The position numbers and the translations under genes were made by a program. The notes beneath the pieces are model-generated. The model saw nothing but the letters and a program-made list of their open reading frames with translations. It made no database searches and was not told the origin of the DNA. Positions 46,086 to 59,277 of a stretch of DNA of 64,000 bases are shown here, piece by piece. How positions within the stretch are numbered: the stretch's first letter is position 1; each line of letters starts with the position of its first letter. The stretch is from Nemertoderma westbladi (lineage: Eukaryota; Animalia; Xenacoelomorpha), in assembly GCA_032718475.1 (NCBI GenBank), contig JAUCBJ010008354.1, positions 1 through 64,000 of the forward strand, in the 5' to 3' direction.

Positions 46086-47908
46086 AGTTCATACGGTAGT
46101 TTAAGTTTAAAGTTTATTTTCGTTCAGTCGTTTGAATACCCTGATACCGGTAATTCTGTAGGCTTAATTACCGGCTGACCGGTGTAGCAGCGAATACACC
46201 TATCAGCCTGTACACCATGCAGCATTGGCTGACGGGAGTGCTGGAGTGAGAATACTCAAGTGAATTTTAACCGGGCAGCCGCCAGCCGGGGGTGATTTTG
46301 TATGGCTGTATGCATGTCCCTGTATGGTGTATGGGTGGACGGGGGAGTAACAATTCCCTGTTACACCAGTCTGCCGGTGTAGGCCTATAATTACTTTTGG
46401 GACCGTCCCTTGAAACACTTTAATACAGTCTGACAGTAGGCCTAATATATACTGATATAGCTGTATAGGCCTACCCAGATACCGCCAGACTGAAGACCGC
46501 TTATTTCAGTATTTTATGAAACACTTTAATAAGTACGGTAACACACGTCATAAACCAATAGAGAGAAGGGCGCAGGTCCTATATCTGTATATCTGTATAT
46601 GGAATATTGACAAAAAGCGCGCCACTAGGCAGCTAGGGTTCTGGTAAAACGAAAAGCGCGCCAGCCATGACATTCAATGCGCGCCAACCGACCCAAGATA
46701 TTTTGCAATCATTAGGTACTGTCTGACTGTATTATATTGTAATAATTTATCAGTTTATACTGCAGCAGACTACAGTATTAAAATATTAAAAGGCAAGCGT
46801 AGCCTGCGTAGCGAGCAAAGAAATTTTGCAGAAATATTAAGATTAATACAGTATTAGTCAGATAGTAGGTCAACCGACTGTTTTGACCGACTGAATTGAG
46901 AGCGTAGCGAGCATGAGCATGTGGTTTTATATTGGTTTGAACAATTGAAACAACTCACAGACTCATGTAGGTTAGCAGCCTAATGGGGATATTAAAATAA
47001 TGGATATGAGTTAACAGTTAACAGTAAAAAATAGTTAACAGGCGATGATTCAAATCCTACAATTGGCCAATGAAATCACCGCGGATGAATATTCAACTGT
47101 AGTACGTCCTAAATAATGAAAATTATACACCGATTTAATTTGACAATATTATGATCCCAATGCACAATTCTTACTTAACACGAAAAAAGAGAATATATAA
47201 TTAAAATTTAATAATTAACAATAAATAACATAACAGCCCCATTGAAATACATTATTAATTTTATCAGCAAAATTCTTGAAAATCCTAAGCAACCTGTCAA
47301 TCCTAAGAGAAACACAAATAAATCATTCTATATAGGACGAGTGTTAAATTCTACCACAAGCATCCTTAAATAAATCAAAGGCGGTAAATAAAATCCCCTG
47401 GTGGTCTGACATTTAGTGCGATGTTATTTTCATAGACTACAGAGTGAATGTACAGTAGAATAGACATACCGGAACTGGCTAGATCTACAAACCTTTCAAT
47501 GGTGGATTAAATTCGAAATTACGTAATTATTTTGTATACTTATAAAATAACGCAATGTACCCAAAGTCGAATACACCAAAGCACCCCTCACCCGCTTTCT
47601 ATCTTTTTCCTCATCCCAGAGGTTTTTCTACAGTGTTACAGTAAGCTACATATTATTTCATTTATTTAGAAGGAAGCAATATACAGTATTATTTGGGAAG
47701 AATTGAAAATCTCTGTGTTTTTGTACTATATATTAAAAAGTTGTGGATGTCCGTAAATAACAAGTCATTGATGGACCGTGTTCAAGTGGAAATATTTTAT
47801 GTTAGCCAGAAAACCAAAACACTAAGCGAAAGTAGAGCACTACCCGGAACTTTTTTGAGATTCAAAGCCGTTTTAGGAGCTTATCGTGCCAAGGAGCACG
47901 AGAAATCC

Positions 47909-49063
47909 TGTAAAGGCTTTTGCGGATCTAGCTAGTCATTTTCCCCGCAAAGTACTCTGTAGGTGTTTTAGCGGACATAAAAAGCCGTTTTCTTACTGTG
48001 TAGGTGTTTTAGTGGACATAAAAAGCCATTTTTCAGTATGTGTACTTTAGCGGACATAACTAGCGATTTTATGCCGCAATACGCCAAAATACTCTTGATA
48101 CAGTGTAGTTCAGATGACGACATCTATCAGCTGATATGTCCACATAGAGCTTTCTTTGTTCTTTGTTCGGCTCGACCAATCAGAGCGGTTTTCACTCTGT
48201 GTTGGACAGTGCATACAGAAACTCACGCAATTCAGTCAGTGTGTATTTTTCCTAAGCCTAGAACACCGGCTGTGGAATTATTCTGTGTTTCAGACTTTAG
48301 CCAAAACATTAGAACGGCTTTGATCATAGAAACGTATAACTGTTATCCTGGCATACCAGACTCACCTAACCTTTCACTGCATTATTTTACTGCTATTTAC
48401 TGTCGGTTATTAATTGTTAGAAGTTGCTTGCTATGTTGTTATATTTGGAGAATATCGATGAATAATCATAAAACCCCAATCTTCTTGATATACTGAAGGT
48501 TAGAGAGACCGGTTACATATAGCAATTGCGACTTACATTATATTGGTTTTGGAGTGAATTGAATGCTATTTCATAGGCCCTACATTTGTCGGTTGCTATT
48601 CTCCTTATATATGATCAAATTTAGTGAAGGTCGGCAGATCAGTGTGCAGCAGTGTGAGGTAGTGTGCATGAGTGTGACAGGTAACAAAGCATTTCCTAAA
48701 GAATGCGCCTTATATGTAAATCATTAGCCATCCCGTTGTGTTTAGTGTAAGTCATAACTCTGTTTACATACTTAGAGCGCCACGTCCTAAAGGAACTGTT
48801 AATATTTCCCGAAAGTGAATAATATTTGTCAGAGATTATATATTAACGATCAATCGAATAATACAGTAGGCCTACACCGCAATAAGGTCAGAGCATCCGA
48901 ATCCAGTCTCCCTTAACCGTGGGTGAATGATCGCGCATAGGCTGGCTTCGGCTAATGTAGTTTTATGTGTATCAAATACTTGTCATAGGCTAAAGTCGAT
49001 CTATAACCTAGAAGACACCTAAATTTGGCAGGTTAAACTGCTAAAGGTCTAAAAGCGCGAACA
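47909..49063 (+). repeat. 5' LTR of A3
   Basis: TGTAAAGGC...GCGCGAACA; starts abruptly after unrelated sequence (candidate TSD AATCC). Confidence 0.9.
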
Positions 49064-49080
49064 ATAACAGTTATACGTTT
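49064..49080 (+). promoter_or_regulatory. Self-complementary primer-binding site of A3 (ATAACAGTTATACGTTT)
   Basis: 17-nt exact reverse complement of 48330-48346 in the same LTR. Confidence 0.85.
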
Positions 49081-50675
49081 GATTATTGCAACGTAGGCAA
49101 TAAAGTCGAAAAGTACCGGTCGACCGGTAACCAGTAGGCCTAACTACCTAACCACCCGAACCAGTACTTACAGCAGTGCAGGTACTAGTATTATTTCGAT
49201 TGTGATATATTGTATATTGTAGGCTGTTAGGGGATTAGGGATTGATCACCCCTTATTCCTTTGTATGGTTTACTTATTTCTGTCAGTTTTATTTATTTGT
49301 AGGTTAATATTGAGCAGAAGACGTGTAAGCCTGCTCAGATTGTACAGGTAATTTGTAGGCTGGACTGTTGTCTGACTGTTGTTAAGTCTGAAGAGATTGC
49401 AGTGTGTGTAGAGTGTATGTCCGATAAAGTACTAGTTAGGAACGTGGTGGGCATCCAGTGCTGTAAGGTAAATTCCCCCCGAAAGAATAAGTCGTACTAC
49501 TCGGTTAGAACGCATACTAACTAACCATTTCAGAGTCTGCATATACTGCAGTTTATTTAGGCTTGATAGTAGTCTGCCAGCATTTGGTCTGTATTTTGTT
49601 TGTGTAGTCTGTACGGGTAGCGTAATATTTATTATTCAAAGTTTATGCGATTATTCGCAACATTCACAACCCCAAGTTTATTCCTACAGTAATTGTGCTT
49701 GTTATACATACCGTTATAGTTAAATTAACCCCGGTACTACATCAGGGCTGTTCGGCGTAGGTAAAGACTGGTGATTTTATGCTCTGGTCACTCCGGCAGA
49801 TACCGTGGTTCTTTTAGCTGTACAAGTATTTTTAACTGCTGGTTATTTGTTGTATAAGTACTTGTACCTAATTTAGGGTTTAGTGTACAGTGCTTTCCGG
49901 AGGTAATTAGTGTGTAGGCAGTATATTTGTGTTGTAAAGTGGCTAATAGGCACGTTAGCTCTGGTAGGCCGCGGTAATTAACTTCTAGGTAGGAACACTC
50001 CATGTACATAATGTAGTACTTATAGCGCTACGGCTATAAGTCGTCAGACTGTGGTATTTTTCCTATCTGGACAATGCAGTATATTTACTACTGCTTTATT
50101 ACTTTCAAATACCGAAGTATCCTGTCCGTTTGTAATAACCAGAAATTCTAACCCCTTGTTAGGCTGGTTTGTAGGTTTCTTGTAAAATTAACCCTAAAAA
50201 TTCGTACGTGTAATTTTTGTGTTTATTTAGAGATTGTAATCTCACCCCGCAATTGTACGTAATTTGTAGTAATAAGTAACTTAGGCAAGTATAATTATTT
50301 GTTTTAGTGTCCAAAACAACAAGTAGTACTTCACTGAGAGCGTACAGCTTCTGTGTAGTAACTCCTTCCCAGAAATAATAACATTTATTTCAAATATTGT
50401 AACAAAACCCATTAAACGGGTATATATATTATGAATCAACTCAAACCGATTTATAAAACAGTAGGCCTGTCATACATCAATTAGGTCTTAATATCAGTTG
50501 GACTACTGCTTAAATAACGGTAATAAAGTAAAGTAAAGTAACTAAGTAACCCTAAAATTCAGAAATTCAATTATTCTAAAATAATTGACATACCGGTATT
50601 TACAATAGGCTTATTATATTTATTTCTATAAATTTGAGCTGAAATTATATACCGGTATTCTGTAATTAATTCTAG

Positions 50676-53600
50676 GTGGGATAAATATTTCTCCATTTGA
50701 CGCAACACCGCCGCGGCCGCTATGAGGGAGGTGAATACCGCGGCCGCTCCTAAAGCCGCAGGCCATCGCTAACTATATAGGTTAACTTGGGATTCTGGGG
50801 GACTTTTCGATGAAGGAACTGACCAAATTTTTTTATTTTCTCACCAGGGGAGCGGCTCGGAATTCTAAGATATTAGCAACTCTAACATTATTAAATCTAA
50901 CCCTTCGACGGACACGGCGGACAAAAATCCGTCATTTTTTCGACAATTTTAAAATTTTTTTGAAAGGCGCTCTACAGTGGCTCGAAAAAACCCTAGGTTA
51001 TTGCTTAGCCGACGCCGGGATACGATAGAAGGGATTAATTGGTGAATTCGTTTTTTTTTTCAAAAAAGATTACCACGCCTTTTTTCCGAAAATGTCCGTC
51101 AAAGTTGAAAAAACGGACAAAATGACTTTGCGGGATCCGCTATAACTCGGCTAATATTAATCGTACGGGGACGAAAGTAACGCGGTTGGAAAGGGGAAGA
51201 GTGGTACCACCTTCGTATCGAATGGGGGTAAGATATTTATTAAAATTTCGGGTGGAAAAAGGGGCTGTAAATTTGTACGTTTTTGTCCGTCTTTTTTGGA
51301 AAACTTATTTCCGAAATGTTTAATTCGACAACGCGGGTAGGAATCCACTAATTATTTTATGAAACTCGTAGAAGACCATTGGGGCTACGTTCCTATCGAA
51401 TGGGGGTACAAAAAATATGTCGGCGATAGGGGCCAAAAAGGGCCAGAATTTGTAAAGTAGTTTTTATCGAATAATTTTTTATTTTTAACTTTAGTTGGTT
51501 AAGGTACATTCTATACAGTCAACATCCATACGGGGAATTCAAATATGCTATCGGTTTTGCTCCAAGGATGATATTAAAAAAATGAGGGCCAAAATTATAA
51601 TTTCGCGCTTCAAACATGCTTCGCGGGAAATCGTCTAGCTCGAAAACTACTTAACTTACGGGAGATTTGTTTACACAGACTTATAGTGCGTTAAATTATC
51701 TATCTAACAGCGTTAATCACAGCGACGGAGGTATTATAAAACTGGAGCGGCAGGCGATCGTGTGAAATATAATATTTATAAAAAGGGACGAAAATTTTTT
51801 TTTTTAACAAATCGCTATTCCATTATAATTTAGCGTATTGCGCCAAAAGTACCTGTAAAAAGTATCAAATTAACTCCGCTATCTTTTATCTTAACATATA
51901 TAATTAAAATTACGAATTTTAAGGGTCGAAAAATATCGCGTTTTTTTGGCCCTTTTTTTCATTTTTTTTGGGGCCAAAAATGACCCCCTCTCAAAAGATA
52001 GAAAAAAAAATTACGGCAAAGAATATACCAATTTTATTGAATTTGGACCACCAGAACCGAAGTTAGAGCGATTTTAGTGAAAAAATAAAAAAAATTTTTT
52101 TTACAAAAAATTAAGAATGGCCAATATTGGATTTCGTACCCGCGACCTTAGGTTTCAATAACGTGATTGATAACCACTAGACTATGTGACCAAGTGAATT
52201 TGAGATTTTCGAGTGACTATTTTTAAACATCAATAACTTCGGTTTTACTGGGCCGTTTGATCTGAAACTTTTTTCAATGGATAGAGGATAGATTGTAGTG
52301 TTTGAAATAGGATACAACTTGAGAAAAGACGCATGTGCACTTAGTGCAAAATGCACTTAAATATTCGACATTTTTTCGATATTTCAAACACTATTATTTC
52401 TATTATTATTTCTATTCATCGTAGAATGTTATTATTTGGGTTAAAATGTAGTTTGGAGTGATTTCTAACTATAATCTTAACATTTGTTTATCTTTTTATG
52501 TCTATAAAGTGACTTAAAATGTCCATAAATATGGTCCAAAATCGCGAATGTCGCGATTTATTAAATTGGATTTTTGACACTTTTAGCGACTGACACTTGA
52601 TCATACACCATCGTAGATCGGTAGAGGATAAACATAAGTTTGTTAAATAAGAACCACCATTACGATCTGCTAAAGTGCACTTGTACAAATAAATGTGCAA
52701 AAGTGCAAATTTTTTAATAAGGTCAAATTATATAGCATTGGGTTCTTTTCTTTGCAGATACTTTATTTTCATATTAATATGTTGTTTGGCTCATACTGAG
52801 CGCATTAGGGATAAGTGTACAAATAACCGGCCCTTATTAAGGCTTCGATTGGGTTAATAAATAAAACATAAGGTTGTAATATTCTAAAAAACCAGTGTGA
52901 TATTAAATGCACTTTAAACAATAAATAGAGATCAATTAACAAATGGACCACACAATAAAAAACTCGCACAATTTTGTACTTATTATATTGCTTCAAATTA
53001 ATTCAACAGTGGATATTTGGGGGAAGGGGGAAGTTACAGTGTGCATTCGGGGGAAGTTTGGTGAACTGCATTTATGCAGTGAATCCAAACTTCCCCCTTT
53101 GAGATATCATATACTTAAGACATGCTAGGGTGACGGGGAAATATTTGTTACTGTCACACTTTGCTTCCATTTATCCTATCCTTTATTATTACCCCAGTCA
53201 GATAAGAGATAATAAATCAGTAAAAACTAAACTAAACTGTCTTTCATGCAAACAAATTTCTAATTAAAGACGGATGAATGACCATGCCCATGGAAATAAT
53301 TATAAATATAATTGTATATCAACTCTTTGGGGAGGCTTCCAAACCCGAAAACAATTATTTCGTTACATATAATATAGTAAATAACGTTGTATGTTCTTCT
53401 TCCTCTCATAATAAAATGTATATGAAATATCTCTGATCGCTGTGCCCTGTAACATTTCACAACCAAAATGTTTCAGTGTGAAAAGTGTAGGCCTACCACA
53501 CCCCGCCCAAACAGCCACAAACGCATAGCCAACAAATTTATAAAAAGTTTACATACATGTTGTGTTCATGACGAGATGAGTGAAAATTGATCGCGTAATA

Positions 53601-53696
53601 TAAAGTAAAAAATTAAGAGACGGGCTGGCTCTCCTCCACTTTCTTACCCAATGGAAATGTTGTTGTTTTAATCTAATATTGGGGCGGCTTTCTCTC
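50676..53696. mobile_element. Unclassified non-coding insertion of about 3 kb in the A3 leader
   Basis: Absent from the A2 and A4 leaders, which are continuous across this point. AT-rich; no clear TIR or TSD; boundaries approximate. Confidence 0.6.
52118..52191 (-). pseudogene. Degenerate tRNA-like sequence (tRNA pseudogene or SINE head)
   Basis: 74 nt; A box TAGTCTAGTGG, degenerate B box GGTACGAAATCC, acceptor-like pairing GGTCA/TGGCC; anticodon arm not foldable by eye. Confidence 0.55.
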
Positions 53697-54001
53697 GTTT
53701 ATAATTATACTTATATACTATAAGTGTAAGTTGTATACCGGTATTCACGATAGGCTTATTATATATTTATATATATTTGCACTGAAATTATATACCGGTA
53801 TTCTGTGACAAACCTAGTCTGTAATAATACTTATATATATACCATAAGTGTATACCGGTACTCTAATATATTGTATATATATATCACGTTACATAGAGTA
53901 ACGATATCGGTAATTAATTACTAGGCTAACAGTTGATACTGAATTACTAGACTTGCTTTAACTGTCATTATAGTAGTAGGCATTCAACTGTAAAGTAAAT
54001 C

Positions 54002-55275
54002 ATGTCTGACACAACCCAATCACTGTCAGATAGTCTCTTAGAAAGTGTTAGAATGACTGTTAGACAGTGTCTTAAAAAAATCTGTGACCCAGATCAAAGT
54101 ATAGAACATCCCAGACCAAAGTCCAAGTCTCCTCCTACTGTAAGAAAGGTCATCCCTACAGTAGTAGTGTCAGACCCTAGGCTAGTAGAGCACCATAGGT
54201 CTATCATAGGCACTAGGGCTCAAGTCAAGCGGGACCAAGAGGCAGCTGTTAAACAGCAGCAGTACCCGAAACGAGAACTTATTTCTCAACAGCCAGATAG
54301 CTCCAGTAGTTCAGATACTGTAGAGTTGACACCCGAGATCGGAGCAAGGACGACAGAAGTGGTTTATCCAGATCCACTTCTAATTCTTCCTGGAGTCGTA
54401 CTCGCTAGAGTATTGATCGCTGTGGAAGAACATCGAATCGATTGGGCGAGAAGTAAGCGATCGACCAGTTATGCGGGATACACGATGGAGGAACTGAAGT
54501 CTATTGTCGAGACGCAATGGAACTTTCCCGGACCCGGACTCCCGTTTAAATTATCAGAAGCTGCCTGGGAAGATTTATACAGGATGGGAGTAGTAAGAGA
54601 CACTCAAGATCCAGCTGTGTGGAAGAGGTCGGCAGCAGAATACGTCCAGGGATTCTTCAGCTCTTTGGAGCGCGTAGAGGAACACCTGTTTCAACGACGT
54701 CAAAGACCTCAAAAGCAGGAAGAGCTGCTTTATCAAGTTCGAGAAAGAATTCTAAGAATCAGACTAATCCTATCGGCCTTTGAGGAAGCTTCGAAAAGAA
54801 GACAAGACACGTCGTTGCAAGTTGCCGTGAAGACTTGGTTCCAGCGGGTGGGTCTCAAGGTTCAAGGAATGGCCCAGTGGAAATCTCAGCTGGCTGAGCG
54901 CTCAACCCACGGAGAATCAACAGACGCTACCTTTTCTCAAGTGGAAAGCGAAGCGACAGCAGAGAAACCGCAGAAGAGGGACGCTATTGACATCTATCTG
55001 TCGGACTATCAACGATTTATAGGTGACAAAGAGTTAAAGAGACGGCTAGCTGGACTTCGCCCCAATAGTGAGGGAGCCAAATTAGTGTTGGACTCGTAAG
55101 ATGCGGAAATGTGGGCCGCTGAGAAGGCTAAATGGGATGAACGCCTCCTCATCGTTAAGCAACAAGAAGAACAAGTAAAGAAAAAACGTATAGAAGATAG
55201 AAAGACAGCAGCAGCGGCAGCGGCAGAGGCAGAAGCGGAAAGAAAGGCGGTCGAAGTGGAAAGAAAAGCGGCCGA
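54002..55275 (+). pseudogene. N-terminal gag region of A3
   Basis: Homologous to 23708-25000 and 59278-60560; one stop at 55097; truncated by the LTR insertion. Confidence 0.85.
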
Positions 55276-55788
55276 TGTGACGGGATCTATGAAGGATCCC
55301 AGTTTATCCGGTTTTCAATCTACGCATCCCCGCCGTGTGTGAAAGGTAAAAGAGAGTTATTGATCGCTGTATATAGTTCTTCGGGTATAATAGTATAAGA
55401 TATAATATGATGATAACATAAAGTATATGATGTAATATTGGAAACACAGTGATTCACAGACAGTAAGACGGTAATTGAAGTTCCGGTACTACCCTAGCTA
55501 AGCTGACTTACTATAAGTGAATGAAATGATTACTGTACTGATAATATATATTGCACGGTTGGCCAAGTTACGTTACCCAGCCGGTGCCTTCCCCCCATTG
55601 GCTAATAACTCTGTTGTGGCCCTTTGCCCCCCTCTGAAGTGCTTCCCTCTGCCCCTGCTATTCTCTCTCTTTCAGGGGTGTAACCCCTGACCCTTATTGT
55701 GCGTATGTGTGTGTATTTTCTCCTTCCCACTTTGTTGGGGTGACACGAGGTTGATATTGGTAATCAACCTCGTGTTCCCAATATTGCT
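55276..55788 (-). repeat. B2: LTR related to B1, interrupted by A4
   Basis: Starts TGTGACGGGATC like the B1 LTR and shares blocks through CCCAATATTGCT, where A4 begins. Confidence 0.8.
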
Positions 55789-56968
55789 TGTAAAGGCTTT
55801 TGCGGAATTAGCCGGTTATTTTCCCTGTAAAGTACTCTGTAGTTAGTTTAACAGGCATAAAAGGCCGTGTCCTTACTGTACTGGTGTTTTAGAGGACATA
55901 AAAGCCATTTCTTCTGTATGTGTACTTTAGTGGACATAATTAGCAATTCTATGACGCAATGCGCCAAATCCTCTTGAAACAGTGTAGCTACCATGACGAC
56001 GGCTAACAGCTGATGCTGTACACGTGGAGCTTTTTCTTTGTTCTCTGTTCCTTCTTTGTTCGGTCGACCAATCAGAGCGTTTTTTGCCTCTGTGTTAGAG
56101 ATTGTATATAGAAACTCGTGGAGTTGAGTCAGTATGTGATTTTGTCCACAGCCTCGAACACCGGCTTTGGAACCTCCGCATTTCAGTCTTTAGCCCAACA
56201 TTAGTAGGCTTAATTATAGAACGTATATCTGTTATCATAACAAACCAAATCAATCGAAACTCACTTAACGAACTAATCATATTGTCAACTACAAACACCG
56301 CATTTTTACTGCCATTTACTGTCGGTTATTCATTATATTTGTTGATGGAATATTATATTTGGAATACTGATAAATAATCAGACACCCCAATCTTCTTGAT
56401 ATACTAAAGGTTAGAGAGACCGGTTACATATAACTATTGCGACTTACATTAAGTGGTTTGAAGTGAATCTAATGCTATTTCATAGACCCTACATGTATTG
56501 TCTGTTGTTCTCTTTATATGTGACTAAAATTAGTGAATGTCGGCAGATCAGTGTGCAGCATTGTGCAGTATTGTGTATGATTGTGACTGATAACAAAGCA
56601 TCTCCTAAAGAATGCGCCATATACGTGAATCTATAGCCATCCCGTTGTGTCTAGTTTAAGTCATAACTCTGTTTACATATTTAGAGCGCCACATCCTAAA
56701 GGAACTGTTAATATTTCCCGAAAGTGAATAATATTTGTCAGAGATTATATATTACGATCAGTCAAATAATACAGTAGGCCTACCCCGCAATACGGTTAGG
56801 CTTCCGAATCCAGTCTCCCGGGTATATCCAGCGGGTGAATGATCGCGCATAGACTGGCTTCGGCTAATGTAGTGTATCAAATACTTGTCATAGGCTAAAG
56901 ACGATCTATCATCTAAAAGACATCCCAATTTGGCAGGTTAAACTGCTAAAGGTCTGAAAGCGCGAACA
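55789..56968 (+). repeat. 5' LTR of A4
   Basis: Family A termini TGTAAAGGC...GCGCGAACA. Confidence 0.9.
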
Positions 56969-56979
56969 ATAACAGATAT
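56969..56979 (+). promoter_or_regulatory. Self-complementary primer-binding site of A4 (ATAACAGATAT)
   Basis: Exact reverse complement of ATATCTGTTAT at 56225-56235 in the same LTR. Confidence 0.8.
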
Positions 56980-59277
56980 TGCTTCTGTATTGCAGTAGGC
57001 AATAAAGCTGAAGTACCGGTCAACTGGTACCTAGTAGGCCTGACTACCTAACCACCCGGACCGGTACCTACAGCAGTACAGGTACAGCAGTATTATTCGA
57101 ATTTGATAATTATATACCAGTAGGCCTTAATAATTAATCAGGGACGGCCGCCCTGGTTTTTTATTGAGATTTTACTTGTTTCTGTCAGGTTTTATTTATT
57201 TGTAGGTTAATATTGAGCAGACGACGTGTAAGCCTGCTCAGATTATACAGATAATTTGTAGGCTGGACTGTTTTCTGACTGTCGTTAAGTCTGAAGGGAC
57301 TGTAGTGTGTGTAGAGCATATGTCCGAAAAAGTACTAGTTAGGAAAGTAGGGGCTTCCAGTGCTGTGAGGTAAACCCCCTCGAAAGAATAAGTCGTACTA
57401 CTCGGTTAGAACGCATACTAACTAACCATTTCGGAGTCTGCATATACTGTAGTTTATTTAGGCTTGATAGTAGCCTGCCAGCGTTTGGTTTGTACTTTGT
57501 TTGTGTAGTCTGTACGGGTAGCGTAATATTACTTATTTAGATAATTTGTAGGCTGGATTGTTGTCTGGCTGTTGTTGGGTCTGAAGAGATTGCGGTGTGT
57601 GTGGAGTGTATGTCCGATAAAGTGCCAGTTGGGAACGTAGGGGCTTCCAGTGCTGTGAGGTAAACCCCCTCGAAAGAATAAGTCGTACTACTAGGTTAGA
57701 ACGCCTACTAACTAACCATTTTGGAGTCTGCATATACCGTAGTTTGTTTAGGCTTGATAGTAGTCTGTCAGTATTTGGTCTGCATTTTGTTTGAGTAGTC
57801 TGTACGCGTAGCGTAATATTTATTATTCAGAGTTTATGCGATTATTCGCAACATTCATATCCTCAAGTTAATTCCTACAGTAATTGTGCTTGTTATATAT
57901 ACCGTTATAGTTAAACTAACCCCGGTACTACATCAGGGCTGCTTGGCGTAGGTAAAGACTGGTGATTTTGTGCCCCGGTCACTCCAGCAGATACCGTGGT
58001 TCTTTTAGCTGTTCAAGTATTTTTAACTACTGATTATTTGTCGTATAAGTACTTGTACCTAATTTAGGGTTTAGTGTACAGTGCTTTCCGAAGGCAATTA
58101 GTGTGTAGGCAGTATATTTGTGTTGTAAAGTGGTTAATAGGCACGTTGGTTCTGGTAGACCGCGGTAATTAACTTCTAGGTAGGAACACTCCGTGATACA
58201 TAACGTAGTACTTATAGCGATACGGCTATAAGTCATCAGACGGTGGTATTTTTCCTATCTGGACAACGCAGTATATTTACTACTACTTATTATTTTCAAA
58301 TACCGTAGTACCCTGTCCGTTGTAATAACCAGATATTCTAACCCTTTGTTAGGCTGGTTTGTAGACTTCTTGTAAAATTACCCTAAAAATTCGTACGTGT
58401 AATTTTTGTGTTTATTTAGAGATTGTAATCTCACCCCGAATTGTACGTAATTTGTAGTATTAAGTAACTTAGGTAAATTAGAATTATTTGTTTTAGTGTC
58501 CAACAAGTAGCACTCCACTGAGAGCGCACAGCTTCTGTGTAGTGACTCCCCCCAGAAATAATAACATTTATTTCAAATATTGACAAAACCCATTTTAACG
58601 GGTATATATATTATAAATCAACTCAAACGATTTATAAATAGTAGGCCTGCCATACATCAATTAGGTCTAAATATCAGTTGGACTACTGCTCAAATAACGG
58701 TAATAAAGTAAGTAAAGTAACCAAGTAACCCCTAAAAATTCAGAAATTCAATTATTTAAAATAATTGACATACCGGTATTTACCATAGGCTTATTATATT
58801 TATTTCGATAAATTTTATGCTGAAATTATACCGGTATTCTGTAATTAATTCTAGTCTGTAATTATACTTATATATATACATTATAAGTGTAAGCTGTATA
58901 CCGGTATTCACGATAGGCCTATTATATATTTACAAATTTAGGCTGAAATTATACCGGTATTCTGTAATTAATTCTAGTTAATAATTATACTTATATATAC
59001 TATAGGTGTAAGCTGTATACCAGTATTCACGATAGGCCTATTATATATTTATATATACTTGTGCTGAAATTACATACCGGTATTCTGTGACAAATCTAGT
59101 CTGTGACAATACTTATATATATACTATAAGCATACCGGTATTCTAATATATTATATATATATCACGCTACACTGAGTAGCAGTATCGGTAATTAATTACT
59201 AGGCTAACAGTGATACTGAATTACTAGACTTGCTTAAACTGTAATATAGCAGTAGGCTTTCAACTGTACAAACCAAC

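Larger units (their letters stand above)
47909..55275 (+). mobile_element. BEL/Pao family A copy A3 (5' LTR, leader, start of gag; interrupted twice)
   Basis: LTR 47909-49063; leader homologous to A2 and A4; 3-kb insertion at about 50676-53696; gag 54002-55275 cut by the B2 LTR. Confidence 0.88.

Noticed and set aside
50899-51038. piggyBac-like MITE (CCCTTC...GAAGGG)
   Set aside because: Inverted repeats too imperfect and flanks are not TTAA on both sides.
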